Under the pieces are notes generated by a model, which worked only from the letters and a program-made list of their open reading frames with translations, was not told the origin of the DNA and did not search any database. The translations under genes were made by a program, and so were the position numbers. A stretch of DNA of 64,000 bases from Octopus vulgaris (lineage: Eukaryota): the NCBI GenBank assembly GCA_951406725.2, contig OX597823.1:53568001-53632000 (forward strand). Direction: 5' to 3'. Of the stretch, positions 38,766 through 53,614 are shown in pieces (positions within the stretch are counted from its first letter, which is position 1; every line of letters starts with the position of its first letter).

Positions 38766-38786
38766 GTGGTGATGGTGATGGTGGTC

Positions 38787-38826
<40 letters not shown>

Positions 38827-38833
38827 CAGCAGC

Positions 38834-38921
<88 letters not shown>

Positions 38922-38993
38922 ACAATCATAATAATAATAATAATAATATTAATAATAATATTAATAATAAATAATAATATTAATAATAATAAT

Positions 38994-39036
<43 letters not shown>

Positions 39037-39075
39037 TTAACAATAATAATGATAATAATAATAATGATAATAATA
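38766..39075. repeat. compound (GTA)n(GCA)n(GTA)n and (AAT)n microsatellite
   Basis: Direct inspection. Confidence 0.9.
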
Positions 39076-39077
39076 AG

Positions 39078-39282
39078 AATCCTTTCTATTATAGGCACAA
39101 GGCCTGAAATTTGTGGGGAGGGGGATAGTCGATTACATCAACCCCAGTACTTGACTGGTACTTAATTTATTGACCCTGAAAAGATGAAAGGCAAAGTCCA
39201 TGGGAAATTTGAACTCAGAATATAGTGGCAGGCAAAATACTGCTAAGCATTTTGTCCAGTGTGCTAATGATTCTGCCAGTTC
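39078..39282 (-). mobile_element. SINE family A
   Basis: Reverse core ctggtacttaatttattgaccctgaaaagatgaaaggcaaagtc. Confidence 0.85.
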
Positions 39283-39752
39283 GTAGAGTAATAACTACAA
39301 CAACAACAAAACAACAATGACAATGATAATGATAATGATGATGATGATGATGATGATTTGAAAAGTTGGTGATGATAACTTCTGTGCTAATGGCAGCGAT
39401 GCTACCAAGAAGAGAAGGGGAGCAGGAGGGGAATAGAGAGAAGGAAGGAGGAGGGGGGAAGAAGAAGAAGAAGAAGAAAAAGAAGAAGAAGAAGAAGAAG
39501 AAGAAGCAAGAAGGCTGCTGATGAAGGCAGAAACAGTGAAAGTATAGTACTAAACTAGACCCCTCATGTTCAGTTACATTTCTTTTATATTACAGTGAGT
39601 TCAAATCCCACCACGGTCGTCTCTACCTTACATTTGGTTTACCTGGGATGGAAGATAAAGAATGTGCCACCAGTCAAGTTCTTAGGTTAACTACAACCCA
39701 ACTAGTATCTTGGCCAACAGAAATGAATATACAGAGAAAAAACATTCATTAA

Positions 39753-40140
39753 ACCATTAGCATTTAAACTGGTCATGACCAGCTTAAATATTCTAGCTCT
39801 TCTATGTTCAAACAAGCCATATCTGGTCTCTCACACCTATCTTACAATGTCGTTATAAAAATAAACAATCATGTGATTAAAGTTTTGGAGTGATGAGATA
39901 ATGTATTTCACTATATCTGGGGAAAATCATACTGCCTTAATATCTTACACACTCACCAGTTACATTTCCACTCTTTTATTATTTATAGTTTTCCTTTCCA
40001 AAAATTTGTTTCAACACATGAATGCACGTAAAGAAACTTGCAAACCAGAAACAAAAATGAAGGAGATAATATATGATTAATTTAAAACAATGAAAATAAA
40101 TGAGCATTATATTTGACTGAGTAATTTGAATGCAAAAGGG
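39753..40140. mobile_element. decayed piggyBac-like MITE
   Basis: Ends ttaa|accattagcattt and aatgcaaaaggg|tgaa; possible internal insert bounded by gagataat at 39895 and 40063. Confidence 0.55.
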
Positions 40141-40199
40141 TGAAACTAGCAGTTTTCTTATTCATTAGTAAAAAGTGACTATTACATGAAAATGCTCAG

Positions 40200-40800
40200 A
40201 GAATATCCTTTTTCATATACTCACTGTCATTCAGTGGTATACTAGGAGTATCACTTAATCAGTATATTAAACAGGCTCCTTAGTAAATATGCTATTAATC
40301 ATCTGCTTATGAAGTATAACAATTATTGATTGATATAGAAAGATTATCACTTATGTGGTATATTAGATATATGACTTATTAAGTATACTATCAAACACTG
40401 GCATTGTGAACGTATCTCTTACTAATATAAATTATATTACTACACGCTAGGATACTAATGATATCACATATTGGTGTGGAAAACAGTGTCTTGTATCAGT
40501 ATGCAAATGAGTATCACTTAACAATATAGCCAATTACTCCTTGATATTTTAAGAATATTACTCATCAATATAAAAATAGCCATATTCAAGCTGTAATAAA
40601 TAATACCCCTCGCCCATATGAACTATGTATCACATGGTTATATATTATAAACACTTAATCAGTTTGCCCAGAGTATCAGATATCTCAATGCTGTTAATGT
40701 TTCTTGTCATTTTAAAACGGCCTACTCATAATCATATTATCTATCACTCATTATTCTTTTATGAGTATCACTCATCATTCAAAGTATTGAATTAATCATA
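40200..40800. repeat. ancient decayed minisatellite with gagtatcact(t/c)a motif
   Basis: About 10 degenerate copies, e.g. at 40247, 40343, 40509, 40554, 40627, 40742 and 40763. Confidence 0.6.
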
Positions 40801-41114
40801 TTTTGTTTTTCTCATGCACAATGTGTATATGTATGAATGTGTGTGTGTGTGCATGTGTGTGTGTGCACGCATGCACGTGTTTGTGTGTGCGTATTGCTCG
40901 GTAAAAAAGAAAGAGAGAGGGAGATATATTCAAGCAAATCAAAACTCCCACCCTCAGTATACTACCAGTCCCTTTTTTTTTTAATCAGCTCTTGCAAAAG
41001 AAAAGTCCATGCTAACTTCAGCAGGATTTGAACCAGAAATGATAGCTAACTATCTATTCTGTGCCAATCCCACCACACAGTATGCTAATAATAATAATAA
41101 GAAGAATAAGAATA

Positions 41115-41122
41115 ATATATAT

Positions 41123-41189
<67 letters not shown>

Positions 41190-41256
41190 TAGATATATTC
41201 ATATATATTCATATATATGTATATATTCATATATATGTATTATATATATATATATT

Positions 41257-41313
<57 letters not shown>

Positions 41314-41538
41314 TTTTACATATATATTCATATATACACATATATATGTATTTATATATATTCATATATATATACATATATATATTCATGTATATATATA
41401 AATAAATATATATATGTATTTATATATATTCATATATATATATACATATATATATATTCATGTATATATATAAATAAATATATATATGTATATACATACA
41501 GATGAGTGTATATACGTATGTATATGTATATACATGTT

Positions 41539-41583
<45 letters not shown>

Positions 41584-42164
41584 TTCATATATATATATAT
41601 TTCATATATATGTATTATTTACATATATATCATATATATATATATTTATATATCATATATATCATATATATCATATATATTTACATATATGTATATATAA
41701 TATATATACATGTCATATATATATATATATATGTTTATATGAATATATTTATATATTATATATAAATATGTATATATCATATATTCTATATTCTATATAT
41801 ATATATATATATATTATGTATATATTATATATATATTTATATGAATATATTTATATATTATATATAAATACATATATATATATATATAATATATATTATA
41901 TATATATAATATATATTATATATACACATATAGATACATATATAGATATATAGATAGATATACATTCATATATATATACATACATACGTACATACATACA
42001 TACACACATACATAAATACATACATACATACATACATACATACATACATACATACATACATACATACATACAAATATGCATACATTCATATGGAGAAGAT
42101 ATCTTCCTGAGGCTATAAACATCAGTAGCTTGGTCCTTTATAAGACGCCACACTGAGTTGGCAA

Positions 42165-42242
<78 letters not shown>

Positions 42243-42401
42243 ACACACACACACATATATATATTGTTCAAATGTACAGAAAACAAAAGACAAAGACAGG
42301 TAAGGGAACAACAAGCAGGTGTATTAGTTTGATGGTCAAGAAAGATGGAAAAGTGTTTATATATATATATTTGTATGTGTGTGTGTGTATACATATATGT
42401 G

Positions 42402-42474
<73 letters not shown>

Positions 42475-42530
42475 TTATTTATGTATATATATATAATTAC
42501 ATATATATATACATATATATATTTCATACA
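41115..42530. repeat. (TAGA)n, degenerate (TA)n, (TACA)n and (CA)n block
   Basis: Direct inspection; includes a ~70-bp tandem duplication at about 41341-41480. Confidence 0.9.
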
Positions 42531-45500
42531 TTCATAATACTGTCTGATTTTTGTTGTTGCTGTTATTGTTGTAGGAAAACAGAAGGAGGATATTATCATA
42601 TTTTTAAAATAAATAAATTAATAAATAAATAAATAAACAAGAAAATAATCTTCTTGAAAGAATTTGTCTCTGATAAATGGTCTTTAATTCCTTTGTTTGC
42701 TGCTGTAGATAATAATGCTGATGATGAGGGTGATGATGAAGACGATGATAAGAATAGGTGTTGTTGCTGTTGTTGTTCTTGTTCTTGTTGTTATCTAATG
42801 CTAAGAAGATAAATGAGAAATAGGAATGGCAGTAAAGGAAACTGCTAACACTCATTAATGGTGCATTAAAGTTATGATAAGGTTTCTAGGCTGTGAAGTT
42901 GGTCCCCTAGCATGGCACTATTGCTGCAGTTAGAAACAACAAAATAAAAAGCAGCAACAAAAAAATGAGAGAGAGAGAGACTTTCTACATGGTTTACTTT
43001 GGCAAACTTGCAAGTTCTATTAGTCTTCACTTTGGGGGAAAGAATAAAAAAAAGAAGAAAAAAAAGAAAAAGAAAAAATGTGAGAGAAAAAGAAAATGCA
43101 AAAAAAAAAAGAAAGAAAAAAAGGCATAATGAATGAAGAACTTGGTTTGAAAATAGTGATGGTAGGGGTGGGTAGGGTGGGTAAACTTAAAGGAATGTGA
43201 ATAAGAACGTCCAAAAGATTGGTAATGGTGATATTGGTATTGTTAGTAGTGACATGGATTGGGTATCAGTAATGAATAAGACATCATTTTTAAATATGTG
43301 AAAAAATAAGAAAAAAAAATAAAATAAAGACACCACACACACACATACACTTCACACACACACACATTTCACATGCACATATGCACAAAAAAAAGTGCCT
43401 GTCCTTGTTAGAAAACAAATAATAATAATAATAATAATGATAATAATAATAATAATAATAAGGAGACTAGTTGTGAATGCAATGCAGTTGTAATGTACAG
43501 CAAGAATGGCATATAATGAGAAATCAATGTGACAAGAAGTTGGACTTGGTCAGTACTTGGGCATACATAGCAGTATGTCATGACCTGACCACAGCAGCAT
43601 AACTGTACTTGGCTAAAGTTTGGTATTTGTGACATTAACGGTGGTGGTAATACCACTGGCTAACTTGATTTATATCATATCACAAAACCAGAGGTTGAAG
43701 CAACCTCAGAAGTAACTTTGGCAGTGGACTTTGGCTGCAGAGTGGGTGGGAGCAGAAGTGGGGGCGGGGGGCAGGGGTGTAGGTTGAGAGGTGCTGGTGT
43801 TAGTGGTGTTGGTGATGGTGGCAGCGGTCGGTGACGGTGGTGGTAAGTTTGTGTATGTATGTGTATGTATATGTGTGTGTGTGTGTGTGTGTTATGGGAA
43901 AAGAGAGGAAAGAAAAGAAAAGAAAAGAAAAAGAGGAAGGGACTGAAGAAAAAAGAAAGAAATGAGAATGTTTGCCAGTGTAAGCAATAATAGCAGTGAC
44001 CAGCGCTACTGCATTAGCACTAGGGGTTCCCATGCAGAGGTCAGTTTCTGCAGTTGTGTGCAGTTTTGTTAACACTTTTATTCTCCCACTTCTACTATTT
44101 TCTTTTTACCTTTCCCTTTCATCGTTAAGCAGCAATCCCTCCCACTTTACTCCATTGCTGGTTCGGCAGGCAGGCAGGCGGACAGACAAGCAGACAGACA
44201 GACAAGCAGACAGACAGACAGACAGACGGGCAGTAGCTGTGTCAGCAGCAGTGGTGTTGGCGACGGTGTCGGTGGTGTTGGTGTTGGTGCGGTGTGGTGT
44301 GGAGGTGATAGTAGTGGCTATGGCCAGAAGTGGATCAGAGTGATAAAAAGAACTACAATAGCAGCCCAGGCAAGGCGGTAGTGGAGAAGAAGGAGGAGAG
44401 GAAGGAGAAGGAAAGCGAGGGGGAGGGGGAGGAGGAGGAAGAAGAAGAGGAGGAAGAGGAGGAGTTGGCAGTGGTGAGCAACTGGCCAGCCGACTGGTCT
44501 GCTGCCACAGCTAGTAGCCTTGGCTAGAGCTAGGTTATTTCCATATTGATTTTCTTCCGTCACAATGCTTGTGGTCAAGGAGATTCTTGGCTGGTTTGTC
44601 AGGAAGGACAGACAGAAAGAAAAAGAGACGGAAGCTTTGAAATTGTTTCTCTATCTCGTTGGGAATTCCTGGAAATCTCCTACACCTACCAAAGCTATGA
44701 AAAATTTCATTTATTTGTTCTAGGATTAAGACTATCTGGTCATCTGAGAAGCTTTCAGTGGATCAGTGGATTTTTATTTGCAAACCATTTTTAAGTTTGA
44801 ACATCTTTCATCCTTTTCCTCACTGCCCTCATCTTTTATGTCAGCCCCTATTGCTATGCATGTCGCTCCCTGGGTGGGCGTTGCAAGCCAAAATATTCAA
44901 GGAAAAAAAGAAAAAAAAAGAAAAAGTGCAGTTAGCTCCCTTCACAAAACCTTGCTTTTAACAGGAAAAGATGTCTGTTGAGAATGTTTAGAAATCTTAC
45001 TAAGGTAAGCTGATGGTCAGTGCTTTGTTGTGCTTATAATAGTGATGTGCAAAGCGAAGTCCATATTGCTTCCGTATTATGCTGTCATGTCACTCATATG
45101 TAAAGTGGACATGAAACTCTGGCCATTATATCTTAATTCGTTCCATCACTGGATGGACGATGCAGGTGCTCTGGTGATGAATGATGGCTGAAAATCTGAC
45201 ATTGCCTCTACATCTCTCTTGCTTGGAGCCATACAACAACAAATATGTAGCTTTTTATTACATACTCGCACCCTCAATTTCTTCTGGTGAGCAACATTAT
45301 TTTTCTTTTTCAAATAACCAAATTGATTTATTGTAATCATTTAGAAAATTTTCTCTCAACTCCAGCAGGTGCTATTTTTGTTTTGACTTCCTTTTTTGTT
45401 TTGTTTTCTTCAGCTGGTCTTCTCTCGTTCTTGATATGATTTTTCCATGCTATAACTTTAATTGCTAAATCACTTGTTTTCACATGACTTTCCATTAAAA

Positions 45501-47695
45501 CTGAATTTCTGTTCTTGCTTTCAAATACTCGATGACATTTTCACAAACATCATAAACATGTAGGTAGTCCCGTGTTGGCATGTTGATGTACATGCGTATT
45601 CTGAACATGTATACAAATACAAATGCACATACACACATGCACACACAAACACATGCACACACATATATATATACACACATACACTCACATTCTTATATAC
45701 ACACATACACTTTGACACATGTACATTTACTAACACACATTCACATATATATATATATATATATATCTAAAATGTAAACATTACATTATATCAAAATTCT
45801 TTTAAATCTGTAATTCTAAAGCAAGAGAAAAGAAAAGAGATTTAATTTGGTTATCAAAAATGACATTCATCAAATATAGAATTTTTAAGTAAAGGATTAT
45901 ATAGAAATCTTCTGCAACCGTGCTGGTTCTTTATTAAATATTCCTATCAATTCCTTGTGTACATTTATTTCCCCAGTACAATAAATCAAAAACAATCAAT
46001 GAACAGACCGACACATTTTGATATAAACACTGTACTGCTTGTTGGAGTGGTTCTCAGCATTAACTGCTTCAGCTATTACCAATTTCTTTGCCAAACTTTT
46101 CTTTTTAATAGCTTACATGATAAAAAATGTCATCATTCATTAATCTTTATATATATTATATTATTATGATTATTTTTTATCCAGAATCCTAGTTCCTAAA
46201 TCCTTACAGCATACATACTTAAGATCTGTATCGGGACTATTTAATGAAGAAAAACAAATATTTCAAAAAAACCATTTTGAGACTTAATTATTTTTTTATG
46301 TAATATGTATATATGTATATGTATATATATATTTGCTTCTTTATTGATATAGATTTTCATTTTTCCTTTATAAAAAAAAAAAATGAAAAAAATTGTTGGT
46401 TTCTTTTCAAAGATACATATCTTAGAAAATAAGAAAAAAATAAGTAAAAAAAATTAGACACCATCTTAGCAGGTTAGTGATACAGGTATTTGATGTTAAA
46501 ACAAGACATGTGAAAAATGATTGATACATTTAGTCCTATAACTGTGTATGTGTTCACATTAACAGATAATAGTCAAACTAATGGGTAGAATATGATTCAA
46601 ATCAGAATGGAACAAAACCACTGAAAGCATTAAGCGTTACGTGCAGATATGACATTTAATAGACTGCATATCTTTATACATGCGTGTGTGTTTGTGTATG
46701 CATATATTTGTGTGTGAATCTGTATATGTATGTGATCTAAGTACATATGTGTATGTGTATGTTTGCTTGGCTGTGTTCATATGTGTACTTGTGTATGTGT
46801 ATGTGTGTGTGTGTATGTGTGTTTAGAGAAAGAAAAAAATCTGTCCGTATTTTTTCTGCTTTTGTATAATGAATCTATTTAGCATAGATGTTATTACATC
46901 ACGGGTGAAAGCTAAGGAGTTTAAAAATATGATGTAATTTCATTGAAATAACCATATTTCAGTGAAATGATTAGATTTCAGTGAAATTTCTTGCCTTACA
47001 TCAGTTGCCAAGTAAAGCAGCTGACATCATTTTTAGAACGACACTATTTCTCCGTGTTTATATAGAAGTGTATGCAATATAAACATGGAACACGCATTAA
47101 TACGTAACACACAAAGCATACATCCACATGACTACACAACAGACACAACTGTATACATACATCTACAACAGACACGATCACATTGTCAACTACATTCAAC
47201 CCCCACCCTCCGCCCAAACACACACAATAATAATAACAATAACAACAAAGACAACAACATGTACTTCAAGGCTACAAAGGAACGTTTATGCAGTCACTAA
47301 ATTTGCTAGAAATAGCAGCCAAGTCTCCATTGAAATTAAACTCTGCCATCTTAAAAAGAGAAAGAGAGAGAGAGAAGCTTTAAGAAAGAGAGAGAGGCTT
47401 TAAGAAAGAGACAGAGGCTCATTTATTTGTATAGCCCAAGGTACACTATACCTAGAGAAACTGATGGGATGCTCATGGCTGGAATGCCTTTAATCATATG
47501 TCTGCTGCTTAAATTGTCCAAATAACCCAGCTAAACTGGGACAAAACAGTAACAACAACAACAACAACAACAACAGCAACATATACTTCCGTATATTGAA
47601 CCTTAATACATGTAAAACACTCATAAAAGTTAAGGTAGAACTGAACAAACACTACAGGTGGCAACTAAATTAATTATTAATATTTGTAGTGTTTT

Positions 47696-47920
47696 AAGAT
47701 GGTGAGCTGGCAGAATCATTAGCATACTGGGCAAAATGTTTAGTGGTATTTCATTCATCTTTATGTTCTGAGTTCAAATTCTGCCAAGGCTGACTTTTGC
47801 GTTTTCATCCTTTTGGAGTTGATAAAATAAGTACCAGTTGAGCACTGGGTGGGGGTCGATGTAATCAACTTTCCTCCATCCCCCGAAATTGCTGGCCTTG
47901 TGCCAAAATTTGAAGCCATT
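47696..47920 (+). mobile_element. SINE family A
   Basis: ggtgagctggcagaatcattagc..gagttcaaattc..gataaaataagtaccag. Confidence 0.9.
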
Positions 47921-48214
47921 ATTTGTAGTGCTTAGTTTGATTATTTCATTAAAGTTCTGTCTAAAATTAAGTAAAATTTATCTCTCGGTATAAATTGAGA
48001 ATTTATATTGTTACACACTCACAAACTCATTCACACTCACTCACTCATACACATGTGTATGTATGTATAAAGATAGATAGATAGATGCATGTATGTATAT
48101 AATGTATATGTGTAAAGAGACATGTCTGTTTATATGTATTTATATATGTGTCTATCAAAATATGCATGCATTACTGTGTTTGTGAATGTAAATCAGTGTG
48201 GAGTTTTATTTTCA

Positions 48215-49660
48215 TTATCATCACCATCATCATCGTCATTACCACCATCATCATCATCTTCATTGTCGTCGTTTTATGTCTGTTTTCCTGGCTTGCATGG
48301 GTTGGATGAGTCCTCCCCCCATTATAACACCCCACCCCCACTGCCTTTGTAGCATTGGCATCTCATTACTTGTTGTGGGCATTTCTCATCTCCTTTTCTG
48401 AAGTTCGACCACCTGAAATCAGCCATGTTTTCCTCCGTCTTTCTCTTCCGTAAAGTCCCTTCCACTTGGATCATTCGATACTTCTTCACCCAACTGTTTG
48501 TCATCCCTTTATGCATATGCATCACCTATCCATACCAGCTCAGTCTTTTTCACTTACGCACTACATCCGATTCCTTTTGTGTCCAGTTTTTTTTTTTTCA
48601 TCCAGCTACTTTGTGCTTCATGCACAATAACATTACCACAGCCAACAGAGCATGATCATTTGATTTTTTTTTTTTTTTCCTTTTTCCCCCCCATTATTCA
48701 CACGTCCTCACGATGCTACTAGTAATCCTTTTGTTGCATACAGAGTTAATAGATCCCTGAATATTTCCTACCCACTTCTCACTCAGGTTGCTACTTAGAA
48801 TGACTTAGGTAGCAGATGCTATCATTACTTTGAGGAAACCCTCCAAATATTTGAAATAAGTTGTTTTAGGTGTACCCTTATTGCTATTTAATTTCATGCA
48901 ACTACCACATATAAAATTCCTCTTTATAACCCTACTTGTTACCTTACAGTACTTCTTGTGCCTACACAGTTTACACTAGGAACAGTATGTGAAACTCCTA
49001 CATATTTCTTTTCTGCATATTGAACTTGTTAGATCGCCATGGAGTCCTGTCTGCAATTCCAGCTAACACTTTTGTTCTTGTTGGGTTTAACTGAAGATCC
49101 CTTGATTCTAGGTATTGCTTCCACTTTTGGAATCCTTTCCATTTTTTTTTCTAGTCTTTAACAGATTCAGCTATGGGAACATGGTAATTAGTATACAGAA
49201 GTTTTCATGGGTAACTGGTTTCAAACTCCTCTGTTATGGCCTGGAGAAACATATTAAACAGGAAGGGCTTAAAAACTAAACCCCAATGGAAAATTCCTGC
49301 ATACTATCTCTCAGCTAACTGATATCTTCATTGTATAGAACTTATACAGTTCTCACAGCCATTTATCAACACCTAGAGTTCTTAGTGAATACCAGACAAC
49401 AGAGTGTGATACCCCATGAAAACCTGCCCCATGTGAATGAAAACTAGATTTAATGGCTTGCACTTAGCTAAGAACATTTATAAAGGTCTCACTGGGAAAA
49501 GGCTTCAAGAGAAGACTGTCCCAAAGCTAATTTTCTTCCTAATTAACAGTGCTATAATCCAACTGTTACTTTCATAACTTGGTCTATACATTTGATGCTT
49601 TAGAAGTAGTTACGTTCTAGAGCATCACCCTCCATTCTTGTAACAATTCATGATATTTCT
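48215..49660 (-). mobile_element. heavily decayed RTE LINE, RT domain to 3' tail
   Basis: Minus-strand relics LSPFLFNMFLQAITEEFETSYP*KLLY and VEGTLRKRKT; (CAT)n tail with ttgcatgggttggatg. Confidence 0.75.
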
Positions 49661-49831
49661 GTGATACTCACAGAGCATGGCTCTCTACTGCACTATTTGT
49701 TTGAATATGCAAATAACCGGTGCACATCACTTTTTGCCAAATATATACAAGTTTTGTGAATGTGTGTGTGTGTCAGTGTGTGTTTTTGCATGTGATATGT
49801 ATAATATATATGATATATATACATATATATA

Positions 49832-49867
<36 letters not shown>

Positions 49868-49933
49868 ATTTATATTATATAGATGTGTATATGTATATAT
49901 ATGCATATATATGTCTATATAAATGTGTATATA

Positions 49934-49965
<32 letters not shown>

Positions 49966-50097
49966 TTACATATATTTACATTCATACATATAAATATTAT
50001 ATACATCTATATACATACACACACACATATATATATATACACACAGTTATACATACAGATACATGCATATATGCATATGTATATAAATATTTATGTG

Positions 50098-50143
<46 letters not shown>

Positions 50144-50459
50144 CATATGTATGTAGATGCAAGAAAGGTTTTATCAACACTCACTAAATATTGTTACATA
50201 ATGTTCATTGAAGACACACTCATGGACTGGTTGTTATGGAAACACAAAGTAGATAGAACCAAAATATTACACTCACTGACATAAATGGAATGCCTTACGC
50301 ATACAGACTTACATATTTACAAACATACCTCCTTTGCCGTGTGTGTATGCACCTGCATATGTATGTTTGCACATGTGAATGTTTGCATGTGCATACATAT
50401 ATATATATATATATATATGCACACACGCACATATGTATATACATATATGTGTGTATGAG

Positions 50460-50493
<34 letters not shown>

Positions 50494-50496
50494 ACA

Positions 50497-50532
<36 letters not shown>

Positions 50533-50679
50533 CTGTGTATGTATGGTTTGTGTATATATGTAACTGAAATCAGAGCCTATATTATGCACCATGGTTGCTC
50601 CATGATTCAACATGAGAGAAAGCAAAATTCAAAATAATGGCATTCTCAATATCAGTTACTTTTCATTGATAGTATTATT

Positions 50680-50735
<56 letters not shown>

Positions 50736-50867
50736 TAATATTACCTTTTTTATGATTCCATATTTCATGTGCATGTGTGTGTGTGTGTGTGTTTGTGCAT
50801 GTCTGTGATTGTGTGTATATGGATGTACACAGGTGTATGTGCATATATATATATATATATATATATT

Positions 50868-51310
50868 GGCTCGCTGGGAGAAATGGTTAGCTGTATTTCT
50901 TCTGTCTTTACATTCTGAGTTCGAATTCTGTGAAGATCGACTTTGCCTTTCATCCTTTTAGGGTCAATAAATTAAGTACCAGTGAAACACTTGGGTCAAT
51001 GTAATCGACTGATCCCCTTCCCCAGAAATTTCAGGTCTTGTGCCTTTAGTAGAATGGATTATATTATATTATATATACACATATATACATATACATATAT
51101 ATATGTATTCATGTATGTACATATATGAAGCAAGCTGCCAAAATCGTTACTGCACTAGAAAAAATTCTGAGTTTAAAAAACTACTGGGGTCAACTTTTCT
51201 TTTTCAACCTTGTGGGGTTGCTAAAATAAAGAACCAGTTTAGCACAGAGGTCAATACAATCAACTTACATACAAACCACTGCTAGCCATGTGCCATAATT
51301 TGAAACCTGC
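50868..51310 (+). mobile_element. two SINE family A copies (50868-51062 and a decayed one at ~51155-51310)
   Basis: gagttcgaattc..gcctttcatccttttagggtcaataaattaagtaccag. Confidence 0.8.
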
Positions 51311-51314
51311 TTAA

Positions 51315-51398
<84 letters not shown>

Positions 51399-53140
51399 GA
51401 CCATGAATGTGTGTATGCATGCTGAAAAACACATCTATTTAAACTAAAATGCATATGTGTGTGTATGAGTATGTATACATGAGAATATAGATGTATTTTA
51501 TATTTAAGCATTATTTGTTTCTAATATGTTGATCTACCCACAATTTTCAATCAAACAACATGCTTATATATATATGCACTGTTTCACAGATATATACACA
51601 TGTACATACACATATATATTCATACAAATATGTATCCATGATCTCTTACTAGGAAATGATTTGACTATAGTCTGAACTACATATAGTACTGAGTATTATT
51701 TAATGAATGCTAGTATTTAACAATGGAATGAAATATCCTGGAGCTTCTAATTAAATATACTTAGTTCTTTACTCTACCTCATTGTATGTGTATATTGCTT
51801 GTTATCTTGCAAGCAATACCTTTCTAATTGACCAAATTCTTGCTTTAAGGCATTCAATCTATGACTGTTCTGGCTTTTATTCGTGTTTTTATTCATAAAA
51901 TAACTAAATACAGTCCATTTTTTTTTAGGCAGTATTGTGTTATATAAGGAAGATTTGGCTGTTATTTCTAGTTGGTTGAACTACTATGTGGAGGCTCCTT
52001 GTTGCATTAAGTGTGTGAGCATGCATGTATGTGCATGTGTGAGCATGTGTGTGTGTATGCATAAGTGTATATGTGTTCTGTGTGGGTATATGTGTGTGCA
52101 TGTCTGTATATGTATCTGTATACATACATGTGTGTCTGTGGGAATATGTGTATTTGCAGGTTTGGATCTATGTGTGCTTGCATACAGACACACTTGTGAA
52201 CATACACATTATAAAGAATGATTACATGTAAATTTTATATTTAAGAAGGCATTTAACATAGTTTCAGAAGTGCCAATGCATGAAACTCTCTTATCTTGAG
52301 TCACTTGGTTACTTCTGCTAAATATTATATATATATATATATATATATGAGTATATATTTATATATATAAATATATATAAAAGTATATATACATATATAT
52401 ATATATATATATAAGTATATATGTATATATATATATATAAAGTATATATATATATATGAGTATATATATATATATAACTATATATTTATATATATATATA
52501 TAACTATATATTTATATATAAATGTATATATACACACACACACTCATACACTCACACACACTCACACACACACACACACACACTCACACACTCACACTCA
52601 CACACACACATAACCACACACATGCACACAGGTACATACACACACACACAAATCTATAATTTTATATACATTGACGTATTAAAAGAACTTGGAATAAGAG
52701 TTTTATCAATCTGATCCATCTTTCAAACAGTTCTTCACTTTATTTAACTATATATCTATATGTTCTATTTATGTATTTATCTGTTGGTAATATCTATTTA
52801 TCTGTCTCTCTCTCTCTATCTCTACTATTATCTATCACTATTTCTTTCTATATACCAATTTCTTTACATTACATAGCAATCAATCTATCTATTTATATAA
52901 CCCACAGGTTTACTTAGCTGACCATAAATCTAGCTTCTTAGCTAAACTAAATAGCTTTCCAAATCTGTCCTCTTATACCTGTTGCCTCTATCCATTTTAC
53001 TCTTTTATCTCTATCACTCTTTTGACATATGATGTAAGAATTTAAGTATATATGTGTGTGTGTGTGTGTGTTTGTAAATATATAAGATATATGTATATAA
53101 TACATTCAAATATATGAACAACAAGATATATGTGTCTGTG

Positions 53141-53179
<39 letters not shown>

Positions 53180-53182
<3 letters not shown>

Positions 53183-53372
53183 AGAATTCACAGAAAAACA
53201 AAAGATGAAGACAGGTGATGTTAGACAATTAACAGATGTATTAGTATAACACTTGGGAAGTGAAAAAGTGTTTAACGTTTTGAGCCTACGCTCTTCCACA
53301 GAAAGGAACACAGAAAGAAACAAGGAGAGAAAGTAAAGAATGTGTAGTGGCTAGTGATCTATCATGGCAAAA
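53180..53372 (-). mobile_element. Penelope/retrozyme-like insert within (TA)n, with the clearest hammerhead-like fold in the window
   Basis: Both flanks are (TA)n; minus strand ttt-CTGTGGA-A-GAGC-gtag-GCTC-AAAAC-GTT-aaa (53271-53306). Confidence 0.6.
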
Positions 53373-53400
53373 TATATATATATTCATATGTATGCATGTA

Positions 53401-53462
<62 letters not shown>

Positions 53463-53495
53463 TGTATGCATGTATGCATATGTACATATATATAT

Positions 53496-53556
<61 letters not shown>

Positions 53557-53614
53557 TAGATAGATAGATATATAGATACATATATACATACATACATATA
53601 CATACATGTACACT

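Noticed and set aside
43478-43498. Partial resemblance to miR-33 on the minus strand
   Set aside because: Only about 16/21 match to the recalled sequence, with seed mismatches and no pre-miRNA hairpin around it.
44330-44578. Glu-rich (plus) or Leu-rich membrane-like (minus) small ORFs
   Set aside because: Their composition comes from a (GAG/GAA)n tract; there is no independent coding evidence.
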